64,000 bases of DNA from a phage. A program made the position numbers and the translations under genes. Below the pieces are notes generated by a model that was not told the DNA's origin, did no database searches, and was given only the letters and a program-made list of their open reading frames with translations. Positions 33,305 to 43,401 of the stretch are shown here, piece by piece. Location of the stretch: sequence record PZ445523.1. One strand, written 5' to 3'. The stretch's first letter is position 1; each line of letters opens with the position of its first letter.

Positions 33305-33383
33305 AATAACCTCATCACAAAAGTAAATGTTAAACAAATTACTGGAATACTAATTAACCAAACAAAACACCACCATAATGAAC

Positions 33384-33656
33384 TCATAGTTCAATCTCAG
33401 CGATTTTCATTTCATTACTATTAATAGCCGCTTTAAGACTATCTGAAAGAATTACATTCCAGTGGTCATTCATATGACCATTAACTAAGCGTGTAATTTC
33501 TTCGGGAGTTGAAAAATAAGGCGTATCAGACTCCCAATGCGATAATCCTAAGCGAGTATAAATCATACCTTCATCATCGCTAGAATATTCAACTGACACA
33601 AACTCATCAGTTATTTTATGCTTAGCATAATAAAATTTAAATTTCATTTTACTCAA
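33384..33656 (-). CDS. hypothetical protein
   Basis: 90 aa ORF. Confidence 0.45.
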   Translation of the reverse strand: MSKMKFKFYYAKHKITDEFVSVEYSSDDEGMIYTRLGLSHWESDTPYFSTPEEITRLVNGHMNDHWNVILSDSLKAAINSNEMKIAEIEL

Positions 33657-33871
33657 TAATCCGCTAAAAGATCAACGATTGCATCACGAAGACACTTATT
33701 CGCAATACGTTTAAGAGCAATTTCAGTTTCTGGAGCATTTTGAATAATCATTGAATTCAATTCAGCCTCAGCAAACTGAAGTTCTTTAACTAATTCAGCT
33801 TTATATTTTCCTTGTCCTTTCTTAGCTTTTGCTCGTTTTAATTCAGCTGTAGTAAACATTTTATTCTCCAA
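33653..33871 (-). CDS. hypothetical protein
   Basis: 72 aa ORF; early promoter element 33881-33940 upstream. Confidence 0.45.
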   Translation of the reverse strand: MENKMFTTAELKRAKAKKGQGKYKAELVKELQFAEAELNSMIIQNAPETEIALKRIANKCLRDAIVDLLADY

Positions 33872-33941
33872 ATCCGTATCAGTAGTTGATAGTTGTATAG
33901 TACCACGGTCCTTGTGGTATGTAAACCGTTTTGTGAAATTT

Positions 33942-34499
33942 TTAAATGGAAAGATACCATCCGTTGTAGTTGCTTTTTCTTACAACCTTACGAAGGTCTT
34001 CTCTGTCACCGATGAACTTCGGAGTGTACTGGATGACACCTGGATGAATTTCTTTAGTGTTGAATATAATTATACAGTCAGCGACTTGATGATTTAGAAT
34101 GGGCCCTAGATTTATTCCAGAACCATATGGATACTCTCCGCTGCATCCTGTTGTCACCGAAATCCAACGTGAGTCAGTTTGATGTGTCTTAACTTCTACA
34201 CGAAGCCCACAGTATCTTGGATGTGCTAAAACATCCCATGCATATGTGTACGGATCATCGACATCTTCTTGACCTTTATTGACATATCCACTTAGCCAAT
34301 CTGCCACAAAAAACTCTGCGTACACAGCGATACGGCATCTTTCGATAACTTCTGCTTTATCCTGGTTCGGGTTTTGTTTTAAAGAATATCTTGCTGTATC
34401 AGCAATTTTGACCTTCATTTCACTAGTCAAGTCACTGTTCGATAGGGTAAATGTCGGAATCTGAAATAGTCTCTGTAACCCAGGATTCGTTTTCTGCAT
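33942..34499 (-). CDS. denB: endonuclease IV
   Basis: 185 aa, same as T4 DenB; syntenic upstream of ndd block. Confidence 0.8.
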   Translation of the reverse strand: MQKTNPGLQRLFQIPTFTLSNSDLTSEMKVKIADTARYSLKQNPNQDKAEVIERCRIAVYAEFFVADWLSGYVNKGQEDVDDPYTYAWDVLAHPRYCGLRVEVKTHQTDSRWISVTTGCSGEYPYGSGINLGPILNHQVADCIIIFNTKEIHPGVIQYTPKFIGDREDLRKVVRKSNYNGWYLSI

Positions 34500-34555
34500 T
34501 TAAACTTTCCTTTATGTCGGAATCACTGATATTCATATAATAAATCATAATTTCT

Positions 34556-34581
34556 CTTAAAACAAAAGGGCCGAAGCCCTT
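34556..34581 (-). terminator. C(UUCG)G-type hairpin plus U-tract, copy 1
   Basis: AAGGGC-CGAA-GCCCTT (minus transcript loop UUCG) followed on minus strand by TTTTGTTTT. Confidence 0.55.
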
Positions 34582-34583
34582 AT

Positions 34584-34778
34584 TTATTTGAATTGTGCAA
34601 TTCTTTTCTCTAAACAGTCAGCATAAGATTTCATTGAGATAAACTGCGAAAGCAGCAGTTCTTGCTCAACTGCACTAACTGTTAGAAACTTTGTGCTTTC
34701 TAAAAATTTACTCAGTGCATTAATTTTGAGCATTAATTGATCGTATTCTTCTTTTACTCGTGCTTGATAACCTAACAT
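34584..34778 (-). CDS. hypothetical protein flanked by duplicated hairpins
   Basis: 64 aa ORF; RBS AAGGAAAATT-ATG; bounded by two near-identical GGGCCGAAGCCC hairpins. Confidence 0.5.
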   Translation of the reverse strand: MLGYQARVKEEYDQLMLKINALSKFLESTKFLTVSAVEQELLLSQFISMKSYADCLEKRIAQFK

Positions 34779-34796
34779 AATTTTCCTTAATATGAT

Positions 34797-34812
34797 AAGG
34801 GCCGAAGCCCTT
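34797..34812 (-). other. C(UUCG)G-type intercistronic hairpin, copy 2 (at rIIB stop)
   Basis: Same 21 bp sequence as copy 1; no U-tract. Confidence 0.5.
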
Positions 34813-35749
34813 ATTTAAATTGTTCAGTAACGTCTTCAACTACTTCGTATTGACAGGTACGCATTTTAGCATCGTTGTAATCAATCGGAATTGATACTAC
34901 ATCACGAGGATGAACTTTAACTTTTACAACTCGGCTGGTTGAACTGCCAAAGTGACGAATATAAGATTTAGAACACACATGCAGACCACGAGAACAAGTT
35001 TGTGTATCATCGTCATTCACACGAGTACGTGGCATTTTAACTACTTTACCCGGACTGTTATCAAAGGTGTTTGAGTGACAGTCAAAGTAATTGCTGCGAA
35101 CTACTTTCCAAGCATAGAAGTAACCATCTTCTGTAATTTCAATATCGTTTGCTACCAAGAAATCAAAGAGTCGAGATACCGCTTTTTGGCTTGGGTTTTC
35201 CAGCAGATTTTCCAAGAACGGAAAATAAAATTCAAAGTTTTCGCCTTTTTCCATCGAGTCAAGAATACGATCAACCAAACCAGACCGCAATTCGATATTT
35301 TGATAGAACAAGCTTCCACCTTCAATTCGAACATCGCCGGAAATATATTTTTCAACAGCGCGACGAACATTAATTTTTTGTGCCGCTTCTTCCAGCTTAT
35401 CCGCTACAAGCAGATTAAGAATTTCCTGGAAGTTTGAATGAGTATTAGGAGTTGCGTTATAAGTTACGCCATCAACAGTAATTGAAATGAATTTTTTAGA
35501 TGCATTCCAAATAATGTCAGATTTAGCAACTGGAGCAATAACTGCATCGCTATTAACTTTAACTGTAATATCACCGCTAATAGTAACTTTAGGGTGTTTA
35601 GCATATTCAGCATTTTTCAAAACACGACGAATTGTGTCAACCGATACACCTTGCCAATCAGCCAATTCCTGTTGGGTGTAATTACCACTTGAATACAGTT
35701 TAACAATTTCAGCTTGTTCGTTTTTGGTCAGGCATTTAATATTGTACAT
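34811..35749 (-). CDS. rIIB: rIIB membrane-associated protein
   Basis: 312 aa, same as T4 rIIB; abuts rIIA. Confidence 0.9.
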   Translation of the reverse strand: MYNIKCLTKNEQAEIVKLYSSGNYTQQELADWQGVSVDTIRRVLKNAEYAKHPKVTISGDITVKVNSDAVIAPVAKSDIIWNASKKFISITVDGVTYNATPNTHSNFQEILNLLVADKLEEAAQKINVRRAVEKYISGDVRIEGGSLFYQNIELRSGLVDRILDSMEKGENFEFYFPFLENLLENPSQKAVSRLFDFLVANDIEITEDGYFYAWKVVRSNYFDCHSNTFDNSPGKVVKMPRTRVNDDDTQTCSRGLHVCSKSYIRHFGSSTSRVVKVKVHPRDVVSIPIDYNDAKMRTCQYEVVEDVTEQFK

Positions 35750-35760
35750 AATTTTCCTTA

Positions 35761-37938
35761 TTAGGCCGCAAGGGCCTTCATAGTTTTAGCGATTTGAGAA
35801 ACTTCATCATCACTTAAAGAGTTGCGATAACCGATGAAGTCGGAAACAATACGGAATTTCTTGGTAAACTCAGCAACCATTTTATCACTGTTTTTTGAAG
35901 CATTATTTGATAATACATCAAAAAGATTAGTTACTGTCCAGATGTCATGACCGATGGTATCTTTTCCACCATTAAAATATACACCCTGTAATGAACTAAC
36001 CATATTAGCGAGTCGTGTATATTCTTCAGAAACTTCATCTACACTGAAATACTTCATCATAAAATCTAACTCAGGATACTTGATAATTTTATCAATATAT
36101 CGTTTAGCTGAACTTGAATAACCTACATACTTATCATAATCTACATCATCAAAAGCATCTACATATAAATCACGCAAAGCTTCAAAAATACATTGGCACT
36201 GACCGAGTTCTTTTACCTTTTTCTGTAAAAGCGGACGAATAACATAAAATTCATTAATGCCAATAAGATTAGCCATACGAATCAAAATATTCATAGATGG
36301 ATGACAAAGAGATGTAGTACCATCCATAGAGAAAATATCAGAACGATGCATATACGCTACATAACCAGTAATTTCATCTGCTTCTGACGTAAGTGTAAAT
36401 AGTTCCTCTTTTTCCCATCGCCCGTCTTTAATTTCAAACTTAAATGCTGTAGCAGCTTTAGGACGAGGAGCTTTACTTTTAACTACCTTTGGAATATAGC
36501 TTTTAACTAAAGCTTCAATTTCTGACAAATAATGAATGTTAACTTCATCACTTTCAAACATCGCCATAATGTCAGGAAGCAAATCAATCTGCGATTCTAC
36601 TTCTGGATTAATAAACAGAAGGCGTTCGTTGTGATGAATATTCAAAGTGTTATTAAATTCACTATCATCTAACGCATGCGCTAATCCACGGACAATATTA
36701 ACACGATTTTTAATATTATCAATAACGATATTAATTTTTGTTGTATTAATACCAAACAGACGATAACTTGATGCAACGGCTGAAGTTTCATGACTTTGCT
36801 TAATGCGCTTCAGTCGAGGGTCAAGATTTACTTCATACACAACTCCTGCATTGCATAACTTACTGTCAGGTTCAAACATGCTCTGCATCTTTTTATATGA
36901 CAAATTTTTAGTCGTGAATTTGACTGAATTACTAATCATATAATCTCGAGCAGAATATCCCATCTTCATCAATTCACGATATGTGTGACGAGGAGATGTA
37001 GATTCTTTAAATCGTTTTACATCTTCATTAAATGCTTTCTCACTGAGTTCTTTAACTCGTTCAATGATATTTTTACGAGTACGATCATCTAGTGAAAGAG
37101 CTTCGCGTGATGGAGCAATATCAAGTGAACCCATTGGAAACTTAATGTAATTCACTTCATTGCGGATGCTTAGCCAGTTACGGTCTTTAATAACACCATC
37201 GATAGGATAAACAATACCGCCATAGATAGCATATAATCCACCACGATCAGGCCAGTATCTTTCTGGATTTACGCCGTAATAATCATCAAAATCCGGAAAA
37301 TAATCAATTTCGCGGTCAAGACCATTAATGATAGCCAAATCTTTGAACGGTCGCATGATATAAGAAACTTCATAAGCAAAGTTTCTAAAGTCTTTTTCTT
37401 CAACTGGAACTACGATTTCAATACCAGTTTTATCATCTGGACCCATTTCTTTTACGAATGTAGGTTTAATCTGTGGACCATCACCATCCATGTAAGCTAC
37501 ATAACCACGAATTTCACCTTTATGATACGAAGTAATACTAAACGTATCAGTATAACTAAACGGAGATTTAGAACCTAAACCAAATCCGCCAATAAAGTCA
37601 TTAGATTCAGCCTTAGATGAACTGAAATATGAATTATACAGACCAGGAGAATTATCATCACCTTGAATATCAAAATCACTCATACCCGGACCAAAATCTC
37701 GACAAACAAATCGCGGGTCTAATCGTCCTGGAACTTGAATGATAAATTTTTCAGGATTTCCATTGAGAGCATGGGCATCAATCATGTTGGTAATCAATTC
37801 ACGGACTACTGCGCGAATCTTGTTTGTATACAAATCAGATGACAGAATTTTAAATACTTTAGGAGATGCTGTGATGCTAAATGCTTTTGATTTAGAACCA
37901 TTACCAAGAATTGTTTCTTTTTCAGTAGTGATAATCAT
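35761..37938 (-). CDS. rIIA: rIIA protein
   Basis: 725 aa, same as T4 rIIA; GHKL-like N-terminal ATPase region. Confidence 0.92.
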   Translation of the reverse strand: MIITTEKETILGNGSKSKAFSITASPKVFKILSSDLYTNKIRAVVRELITNMIDAHALNGNPEKFIIQVPGRLDPRFVCRDFGPGMSDFDIQGDDNSPGLYNSYFSSSKAESNDFIGGFGLGSKSPFSYTDTFSITSYHKGEIRGYVAYMDGDGPQIKPTFVKEMGPDDKTGIEIVVPVEEKDFRNFAYEVSYIMRPFKDLAIINGLDREIDYFPDFDDYYGVNPERYWPDRGGLYAIYGGIVYPIDGVIKDRNWLSIRNEVNYIKFPMGSLDIAPSREALSLDDRTRKNIIERVKELSEKAFNEDVKRFKESTSPRHTYRELMKMGYSARDYMISNSVKFTTKNLSYKKMQSMFEPDSKLCNAGVVYEVNLDPRLKRIKQSHETSAVASSYRLFGINTTKINIVIDNIKNRVNIVRGLAHALDDSEFNNTLNIHHNERLLFINPEVESQIDLLPDIMAMFESDEVNIHYLSEIEALVKSYIPKVVKSKAPRPKAATAFKFEIKDGRWEKEELFTLTSEADEITGYVAYMHRSDIFSMDGTTSLCHPSMNILIRMANLIGINEFYVIRPLLQKKVKELGQCQCIFEALRDLYVDAFDDVDYDKYVGYSSSAKRYIDKIIKYPELDFMMKYFSVDEVSEEYTRLANMVSSLQGVYFNGGKDTIGHDIWTVTNLFDVLSNNASKNSDKMVAEFTKKFRIVSDFIGYRNSLSDDEVSQIAKTMKALAA

Positions 37939-37948
37939 AATTTCCTCA

Positions 37949-38152
37949 TTAATTCATATTACGCTTAATAACTTCAGCAACTTCTAGTAGTTCATCTTTA
38001 GTTGCAGTGTCGGATTGAATTTTATCTCTAATATCTTTAAAGCGGTTTTTAAATTCTTCGGCTTCTCCCATATCAAAAAAGCGTTGAATGATTCTATATT
38101 CTCGATGAACTGCTTTATCAAAAAGTTCTAAATTTACTTTATATGATTTCAT
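37949..38152 (-). CDS. hypothetical protein (rIIA.1 position)
   Basis: 67 aa ORF; early promoter element 38175-38210 upstream. Confidence 0.5.
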   Translation of the reverse strand: MKSYKVNLELFDKAVHREYRIIQRFFDMGEAEEFKNRFKDIRDKIQSDTATKDELLEVAEVIKRNMN

Positions 38153-38206
38153 TTCAATATCCTCATTTGCCCAATTAATTATACCACATCCTTGTGGTAA
38201 AGTAAA

Positions 38207-40027
38207 CTATTGGCTCATCCATTCTTTACGAAGGTCAGCATTATCTCCCATGAGCATTTCAAAAAGCTCTTTCCAGTTCTCAGGAAGTTTAACAACATCA
38301 TATACTGGGTTTTGAATCATCTCACGATATTCAGATTTTTCCAAAGAGCCAAGTCCCTTAATATAACGGATGCTATGTTTAGGTAGAGCATCTTTAGCAC
38401 TCTCATATTCAGCGACTGTATAAAACCATTCTTGTTTTTTACCGACCTGAGCGATGATTACAGGAGTTTTGACAAAGCGAATTCGTCCTTGCTCAAACAA
38501 TTCTGGCCAATTACTAAAAAATCCAAGCAGAGAAGGATAAATGCTTCCTAGACCATCATGGTCAGCATCAGTCATAATAGCGATATTATGATAATTCAAG
38601 TTTTCAGCTTTTTCACCGAGAACTAATCCAGTGATTGCGCAAATATCAAATAGTTCTTTGTTTTTAAGCATATCTGCATAAGACATACCCCAACTGTTGA
38701 GAACTTTACCACGCAATGGATAACCACCGTGAAGTTCTTTATCACGAACATCAATAAGATATCCGATAGCAGAATCACCCTCAGTCAAGAAAAGAGTAGT
38801 GTCAGCATCTTTACCACAAAGATTCGCTTTGATATGTTTATGAACCTTAGCTTTAGAAGCCTTTTTAGCTGCTTTAGTTTCTGCTGCTTTTTCTGCCGCC
38901 AATTTACGAGCCAAAGCAGCTTCAATAATCGGCATTAGAATTGCTTCATTATTCAAAATAGCGCGTGAAATCTTTTTAGCATCAAGCTGAATATGACTAC
39001 GGATTTCACCAAATGGAGAAGTCAAACGCTCTTTAGTTTGAGAATCAAATCGCATGTTTTTCATATCACGAACAAACATAACGATAGTCAAACATTCTTT
39101 AACGCGTGCTTTAGTTACATCAATTTTGAACTTACGTTTGATTTGTGGAATAAGGTCTTCACAAATATCATCCATAACGCAGTCAATGTGATGGCCACCA
39201 TTCTTAGTATGAATGTTATTCACATAAGTTAATTGGCGAAATCCATCCGGTGAACGACCAACCGCAATAGAACAATTTTCTTGTTCTTGAACGATAGCAT
39301 GCTCATCATATTGGCGTGCATATTTCTTAAAATTGCCCTGAACCTTTTTACCATTAAAGGTAAATTGAATATCAGGATAAACTACTGCAAGTGTCTGGAG
39401 ACGATCTAGTGTAATGTCAAGATAAACTTGTGACAGCTCATTAGTTTCAAATGACATAAAATCAGGAATGAAAGTAACACGAGTTCCTTTCCATTTTCCA
39501 GGAATATCTTCCCATGATTTATTTTCCATGCCATTTGAACAACGAACTACAATATTATTTTGACCGTCGCCAGTTTCACCAACAAACATCACAGAAAAAA
39601 TGTTTGTCAAACTAGAACCAACACCATTCATACCGCCAGTGACGCGCTCTTTGTCATCACCAAAGTTACCACCTGCTTTTGGAATAGTCCACGCAGCAAC
39701 AGGACCAGGAATTTCTTCACCGGTAGGTGTCTTAACCATCGCTTGTGGAATACCACGACCGTTATCTTCAACTGTTACTTGATTGTTTTTAATAGTAACA
39801 TTAATTTTATTTGCGAATTTAAACTTAGTACGAATACCTTCATCTACTGAGTTATCGATAATTTCATCAATAAGCTTAACAAGACCAGGTACATACTGAA
39901 CACTTTCCCATTTACCAAACAGAAAGCGCTCATGCATTTCATTAGCTGAAGAGCCAATGTACATGCCGCTACGCTTTTTGATATGTTCAATATCGCTCAG
40001 AATTTTAATTTCATTCTTAATCATCAC
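38207..40027 (-). CDS. 39: DNA topoisomerase II large (ATPase) subunit, unsplit gene 39 (39 plus 60 equivalent)
   Basis: 606 aa continuous ORF; GyrB-like ATPase; covers what T4 encodes as 39 plus 60. Confidence 0.92.
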   Translation of the reverse strand: MMIKNEIKILSDIEHIKKRSGMYIGSSANEMHERFLFGKWESVQYVPGLVKLIDEIIDNSVDEGIRTKFKFANKINVTIKNNQVTVEDNGRGIPQAMVKTPTGEEIPGPVAAWTIPKAGGNFGDDKERVTGGMNGVGSSLTNIFSVMFVGETGDGQNNIVVRCSNGMENKSWEDIPGKWKGTRVTFIPDFMSFETNELSQVYLDITLDRLQTLAVVYPDIQFTFNGKKVQGNFKKYARQYDEHAIVQEQENCSIAVGRSPDGFRQLTYVNNIHTKNGGHHIDCVMDDICEDLIPQIKRKFKIDVTKARVKECLTIVMFVRDMKNMRFDSQTKERLTSPFGEIRSHIQLDAKKISRAILNNEAILMPIIEAALARKLAAEKAAETKAAKKASKAKVHKHIKANLCGKDADTTLFLTEGDSAIGYLIDVRDKELHGGYPLRGKVLNSWGMSYADMLKNKELFDICAITGLVLGEKAENLNYHNIAIMTDADHDGLGSIYPSLLGFFSNWPELFEQGRIRFVKTPVIIAQVGKKQEWFYTVAEYESAKDALPKHSIRYIKGLGSLEKSEYREMIQNPVYDVVKLPENWKELFEMLMGDNADLRKEWMSQ

Positions 40028-40071
40028 TTATCCTCGTTTGGTTTCGGGAATATTATACTCCGGTAATCATA

Positions 40072-40094
40072 AAGCTAAAGGCCCGAAGGCCTTT
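40072..40094 (-). other. intercistronic UUCG hairpin downstream of gene 39 start region
   Basis: AAAGGCC-CGAA-GGCCTTT. Confidence 0.45.
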
Positions 40095-40354
40095 TATTTA
40101 AAACGGATAGTCGAATCCTTAAAGAACAGCCCAGAACACACGGTTCCTTCTACTTTCTGCCCGGTAGGTCCAATAGCACGAAATCCAGTATGTTGGAAAT
40201 CATTTTCAGAGCAACCGAACCAGTTATATCCAGTGATTTCAATATTAGTAAAACCACTTGAAGACAAAACTTTGGTTGCATTATCAGCATCAGTACATCC
40301 TACTAAAGACACTACTAATACTAATGCTGCGATAGAACGATTAATATATTTCAT
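40094..40354 (-). CDS. putative lipoprotein
   Basis: 86 aa; signal peptide plus lipobox LVGC; four Cys in mature part. Confidence 0.5.
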   Translation of the reverse strand: MKYINRSIAALVLVVSLVGCTDADNATKVLSSSGFTNIEITGYNWFGCSENDFQHTGFRAIGPTGQKVEGTVCSGLFFKDSTIRFK

Positions 40355-40358
40355 AATT

Positions 40359-40730
40359 TCACTTAAATTTAATGGCTTGAAGGAGACTAATAACTCTCAA
40401 ACGACTTCTTTCATCTTTAACTGTAAAAGAAAGAGGGTCACCAGACTTCATAGTAATAGTGCATTCAAAATCAAAACCTTCGGGAACTTCTTCGAATAGG
40501 TCAAATTCTTCATCATAAATTAGAACATTACTCTGAAAACTGTGAAGAATTTTTCCGTCATTTCCAGATGCTGTACTAATCATTGTAACATTATTACCTT
40601 TCATATCTTCAACGATAAATTCGCTTGTAGATATTACATTACTAATAGAACCATTCCTATAAATAGCAGAAAATAGATATTTCTTTTCTTCACCTTCGCG
40701 AATGCGATATTTCTTACCAATTTTAAACAT
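40359..40730 (-). CDS. hypothetical protein
   Basis: 123 aa ORF. Confidence 0.45.
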   Translation of the reverse strand: MFKIGKKYRIREGEEKKYLFSAIYRNGSISNVISTSEFIVEDMKGNNVTMISTASGNDGKILHSFQSNVLIYDEEFDLFEEVPEGFDFECTITMKSGDPLSFTVKDERSRLRVISLLQAIKFK

Positions 40731-40732
40731 AA

Positions 40733-40909
40733 TTACCCTTTAAGTAAGTCGTAAAATCCACCATTCACATGCTTAGGGGCAGAGACTAACCGAATAGCAA
40801 TCCGATGACAATCAGGACATACATCAGTATCTCTTTCAGAAATTTTCTTGATTTTTTCGTATTCTTTTGCACAGTCTTCGGATTGGCATTTATAATCATA
40901 AAGCGGCAT
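40733..40909 (-). CDS. small zinc-ribbon protein (FmdB-like C-x2-C ... C-P-x-C)
   Basis: 58 aa hand-translated ORF MPLYDYKCQSEDCAKEYEK...VCPDCHRIAIRLVSAPK. Confidence 0.5.
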   Translation of the reverse strand: MPLYDYKCQSEDCAKEYEKIKKISERDTDVCPDCHRIAIRLVSAPKHVNGGFYDLLKG

Positions 40910-40911
40910 AA

Positions 40912-41325
40912 TTATTCCTTAAAGTGAACTTTCAACATCTGATACAAAGACCATGCCTGTTCATTATTTTCAATAGTAACTTTCATGATCGGGAATTCAG
41001 ATGGTTCAGTTACTGGTGCAGGGTCTTCCTGCTCTTCAGCAGCCTGATATGGATTTTCCACTTCATTAAAGAACTCGGCTTCGTTGCTAGAAAGCCAGAT
41101 AAAGTTTTCGTCAATGACTGTACCTCGTGATGAATATCCAACTATGCCAGTAGATGTCACAATTTTAGTAGGACGCCCGTAATAGTCAACATCTAAAATT
41201 TTAAAAGGTTCCATACCTAAACGCCGCGCATAGATTCCGTTATCAGTATGGTCTTTAATAAAAGATTCTTGAGCTTGTTTATTTTTGAATTGATACCATT
41301 TATTAACTTCAAATTTAATAGCCAT
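40912..41325 (-). CDS. hypothetical protein (T4 goF position)
   Basis: 137 aa ORF. Confidence 0.45.
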   Translation of the reverse strand: MAIKFEVNKWYQFKNKQAQESFIKDHTDNGIYARRLGMEPFKILDVDYYGRPTKIVTSTGIVGYSSRGTVIDENFIWLSSNEAEFFNEVENPYQAAEEQEDPAPVTEPSEFPIMKVTIENNEQAWSLYQMLKVHFKE

Positions 41326-41543
41326 TAATAAATTTCCTTCCAGTAAGTTGTGCCATCTTCAGTAATTTCACGAAATACACCGTAAATTGGCTGTTTATCA
41401 CCGACTTTCTCATACACATAAACCGAAGTCAAGTGAGTAAACTTGATGGTGTGTTCCTTTTGAACTACTACCAAATCTGGATCGAATAATACATCTTCAA
41501 ATTCATCATTAGTGCAATTCTGAACAATTTTACGTTTCATCAT
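41325..41543 (-). CDS. hypothetical protein (T4 cef position)
   Basis: 72 aa ORF; promoter-like repeat 41641-41700 upstream. Confidence 0.45.
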   Translation of the reverse strand: MMKRKIVQNCTNDEFEDVLFDPDLVVVQKEHTIKFTHLTSVYVYEKVGDKQPIYGVFREITEDGTTYWKEIY

Positions 41544-41712
41544 AATTTCCTCATTAATTGAACATTGGAGCGATGCGTTTCAGAAGAGTATCAGCACCTT
41601 TAACGAATTATCCATTTTATTCTCCAAGTTGTTTTCTGTATCAGTAGTTGATATTGATATAGTACCATAATCAACTACTGATGTATATAGTTTTATGAAA
41701 AAATTTTAAACT

Positions 41713-42204
41713 TTATGCATAGCGAGCTTTGCTGTAGTGTTTAATCCAACTTTCAGGAATGACTTTGTATGTTCCTAAAAATACCGCGTTGTATAACTTA
41801 ACGCCATCTTCTACCCATTGATCAGTAATGTATGCACACACAGCGCGAGTACGCCGAGGAAGTGGTTGTCCACCTTCGGTAAATTCAAACTCATAAGGAG
41901 CAATGAACTTGATAGCTTGACCAAGTTTCCACTTAAAGTCTACACCTACATGCGAAGTATCAATCGTTTCAATTCCTTTAGCAGGAACATCTTTCAAAAA
42001 CGCAGGCTCAAGAAATTTCCATCGAACATAACCAAACTGGGGCTTAGACATTCCATCTTTAGCAATGATACGTACTTTTACTTCAGAATCTTCATCTTTA
42101 ACACCGTGTTTAAGCTGAATGCTTACAACTTCAACCAATTTTCCTGCTGCTTTAGAACGGGATTTATCAGATACACGAGCAATTTCGCCGATATTAATAT
42201 TCAT
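41713..42204 (-). CDS. hypothetical protein, paralogue A (T4 motB position)
   Basis: 163 aa; shares motif CAYITDQWVEDGVKLYNAVF with next ORF. Confidence 0.5.
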   Translation of the reverse strand: MNINIGEIARVSDKSRSKAAGKLVEVVSIQLKHGVKDEDSEVKVRIIAKDGMSKPQFGYVRWKFLEPAFLKDVPAKGIETIDTSHVGVDFKWKLGQAIKFIAPYEFEFTEGGQPLPRRTRAVCAYITDQWVEDGVKLYNAVFLGTYKVIPESWIKHYSKARYA

Positions 42205-42280
42205 AATTATCTCTCACTTGTTAAAAAGATTTTATACTCCACAGGACCATTATACTCTGGTCCCAAGAGTTTGTAAACTA

Positions 42281-42823
42281 TTAATTCAAAATAGCTACCA
42301 CTGCACTACGAGGTACTACGCTAAAATCACCTGCATGAACAACGTTCAGAAGTTCAACACCATCTTCAATCCACTGGTCTGTTACCCAACCACAGACCGA
42401 AATAAATGGGGTCTTGATAGCTACAGCACGAGTCAAAAGGTCAGTAGGATCACATTCTTGGAAGAGGATAAGCTCTGCTTCAAAGACTATAGTTTTAATT
42501 ACTTCATCATTATCTAAGCGATGTGCTCGAATCACATAAGCTTTATTCTTATCATACCAATTACTTTTTGAAAAACTTTTAACTACAAACTCGCCTTCAC
42601 CAAAAACACTAGTCAATGCTTTATAACCCAAATCTAGTTCAGTAGTTTTAATTTCAGTTTCAACCAGTTTGTAGGTTTTGCCAATTTCGATGGTCCGAGC
42701 AGTCATAAATGTTTCCTTAATTTCTAATGGTTTAATAAGAGTGCCGTACATGCTTGCTATATCCATATCAAACAGCTTATCTGCAGGATTCGGTGTGTAT
42801 TCAGGATTATAATTAAATTTCAT
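42281..42823 (-). CDS. hypothetical protein, paralogue B
   Basis: 180 aa; motif CGWVTDQWIEDGVELLNVVH parallels preceding ORF. Confidence 0.5.
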   Translation of the reverse strand: MKFNYNPEYTPNPADKLFDMDIASMYGTLIKPLEIKETFMTARTIEIGKTYKLVETEIKTTELDLGYKALTSVFGEGEFVVKSFSKSNWYDKNKAYVIRAHRLDNDEVIKTIVFEAELILFQECDPTDLLTRAVAIKTPFISVCGWVTDQWIEDGVELLNVVHAGDFSVVPRSAVVAILN

Positions 42824-42825
42824 AA

Positions 42826-43377
42826 TTATCTCATTTCAATAAAATCTATAAGTTCAGCATGGGATTTACGGAACATTACTTGGTGTCCGCCAATGATAAC
42901 TTCATCTTCAGGAACTTCATAAATCGCAATGTACATTCCACGATCTTTTAAGTCTTCACGCTCTTCTCGGGTGAACCATCTCATCATATCATATTCACTA
43001 GCGAAAGCAAAATGATATAATGAAATAAGCCACAATGGAATATAATTTTCAAATTGTGAGTAATCTTTATTCCATTTAGTTTTAATAGCATCATTAGCAT
43101 TTTCAACTAATAACTTATCATCATGCGGAATAGGAATACTTTCATGACTTTCATAATTATCGCTATGATGATGAAATGATGATGAATTAATACCGCAAAA
43201 TTTTAGCCAAGTTCGAGTTTTCATAGAATCAAATCCACGATAAGGAGTTGATTGAACGCATAACTCTTGCCTAATTTTCATTATACCACTATCATCATTT
43301 AATGCACTAAACGATGATTCAACACGATAAATTTTCATTTTATTATCCTCAGTAGCTATGGTGTTATAGTACCACAA
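42826..43377 (-). CDS. hypothetical protein
   Basis: 183 aa ORF with His-rich patch (SSFHHHSDNYESHE). Confidence 0.45.
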   Translation of the reverse strand: MWYYNTIATEDNKMKIYRVESSFSALNDDSGIMKIRQELCVQSTPYRGFDSMKTRTWLKFCGINSSSFHHHSDNYESHESIPIPHDDKLLVENANDAIKTKWNKDYSQFENYIPLWLISLYHFAFASEYDMMRWFTREEREDLKDRGMYIAIYEVPEDEVIIGGHQVMFRKSHAELIDFIEMR

Positions 43378-43401
43378 CTAACCGAGGAAGTAAACAACTT
43401 T

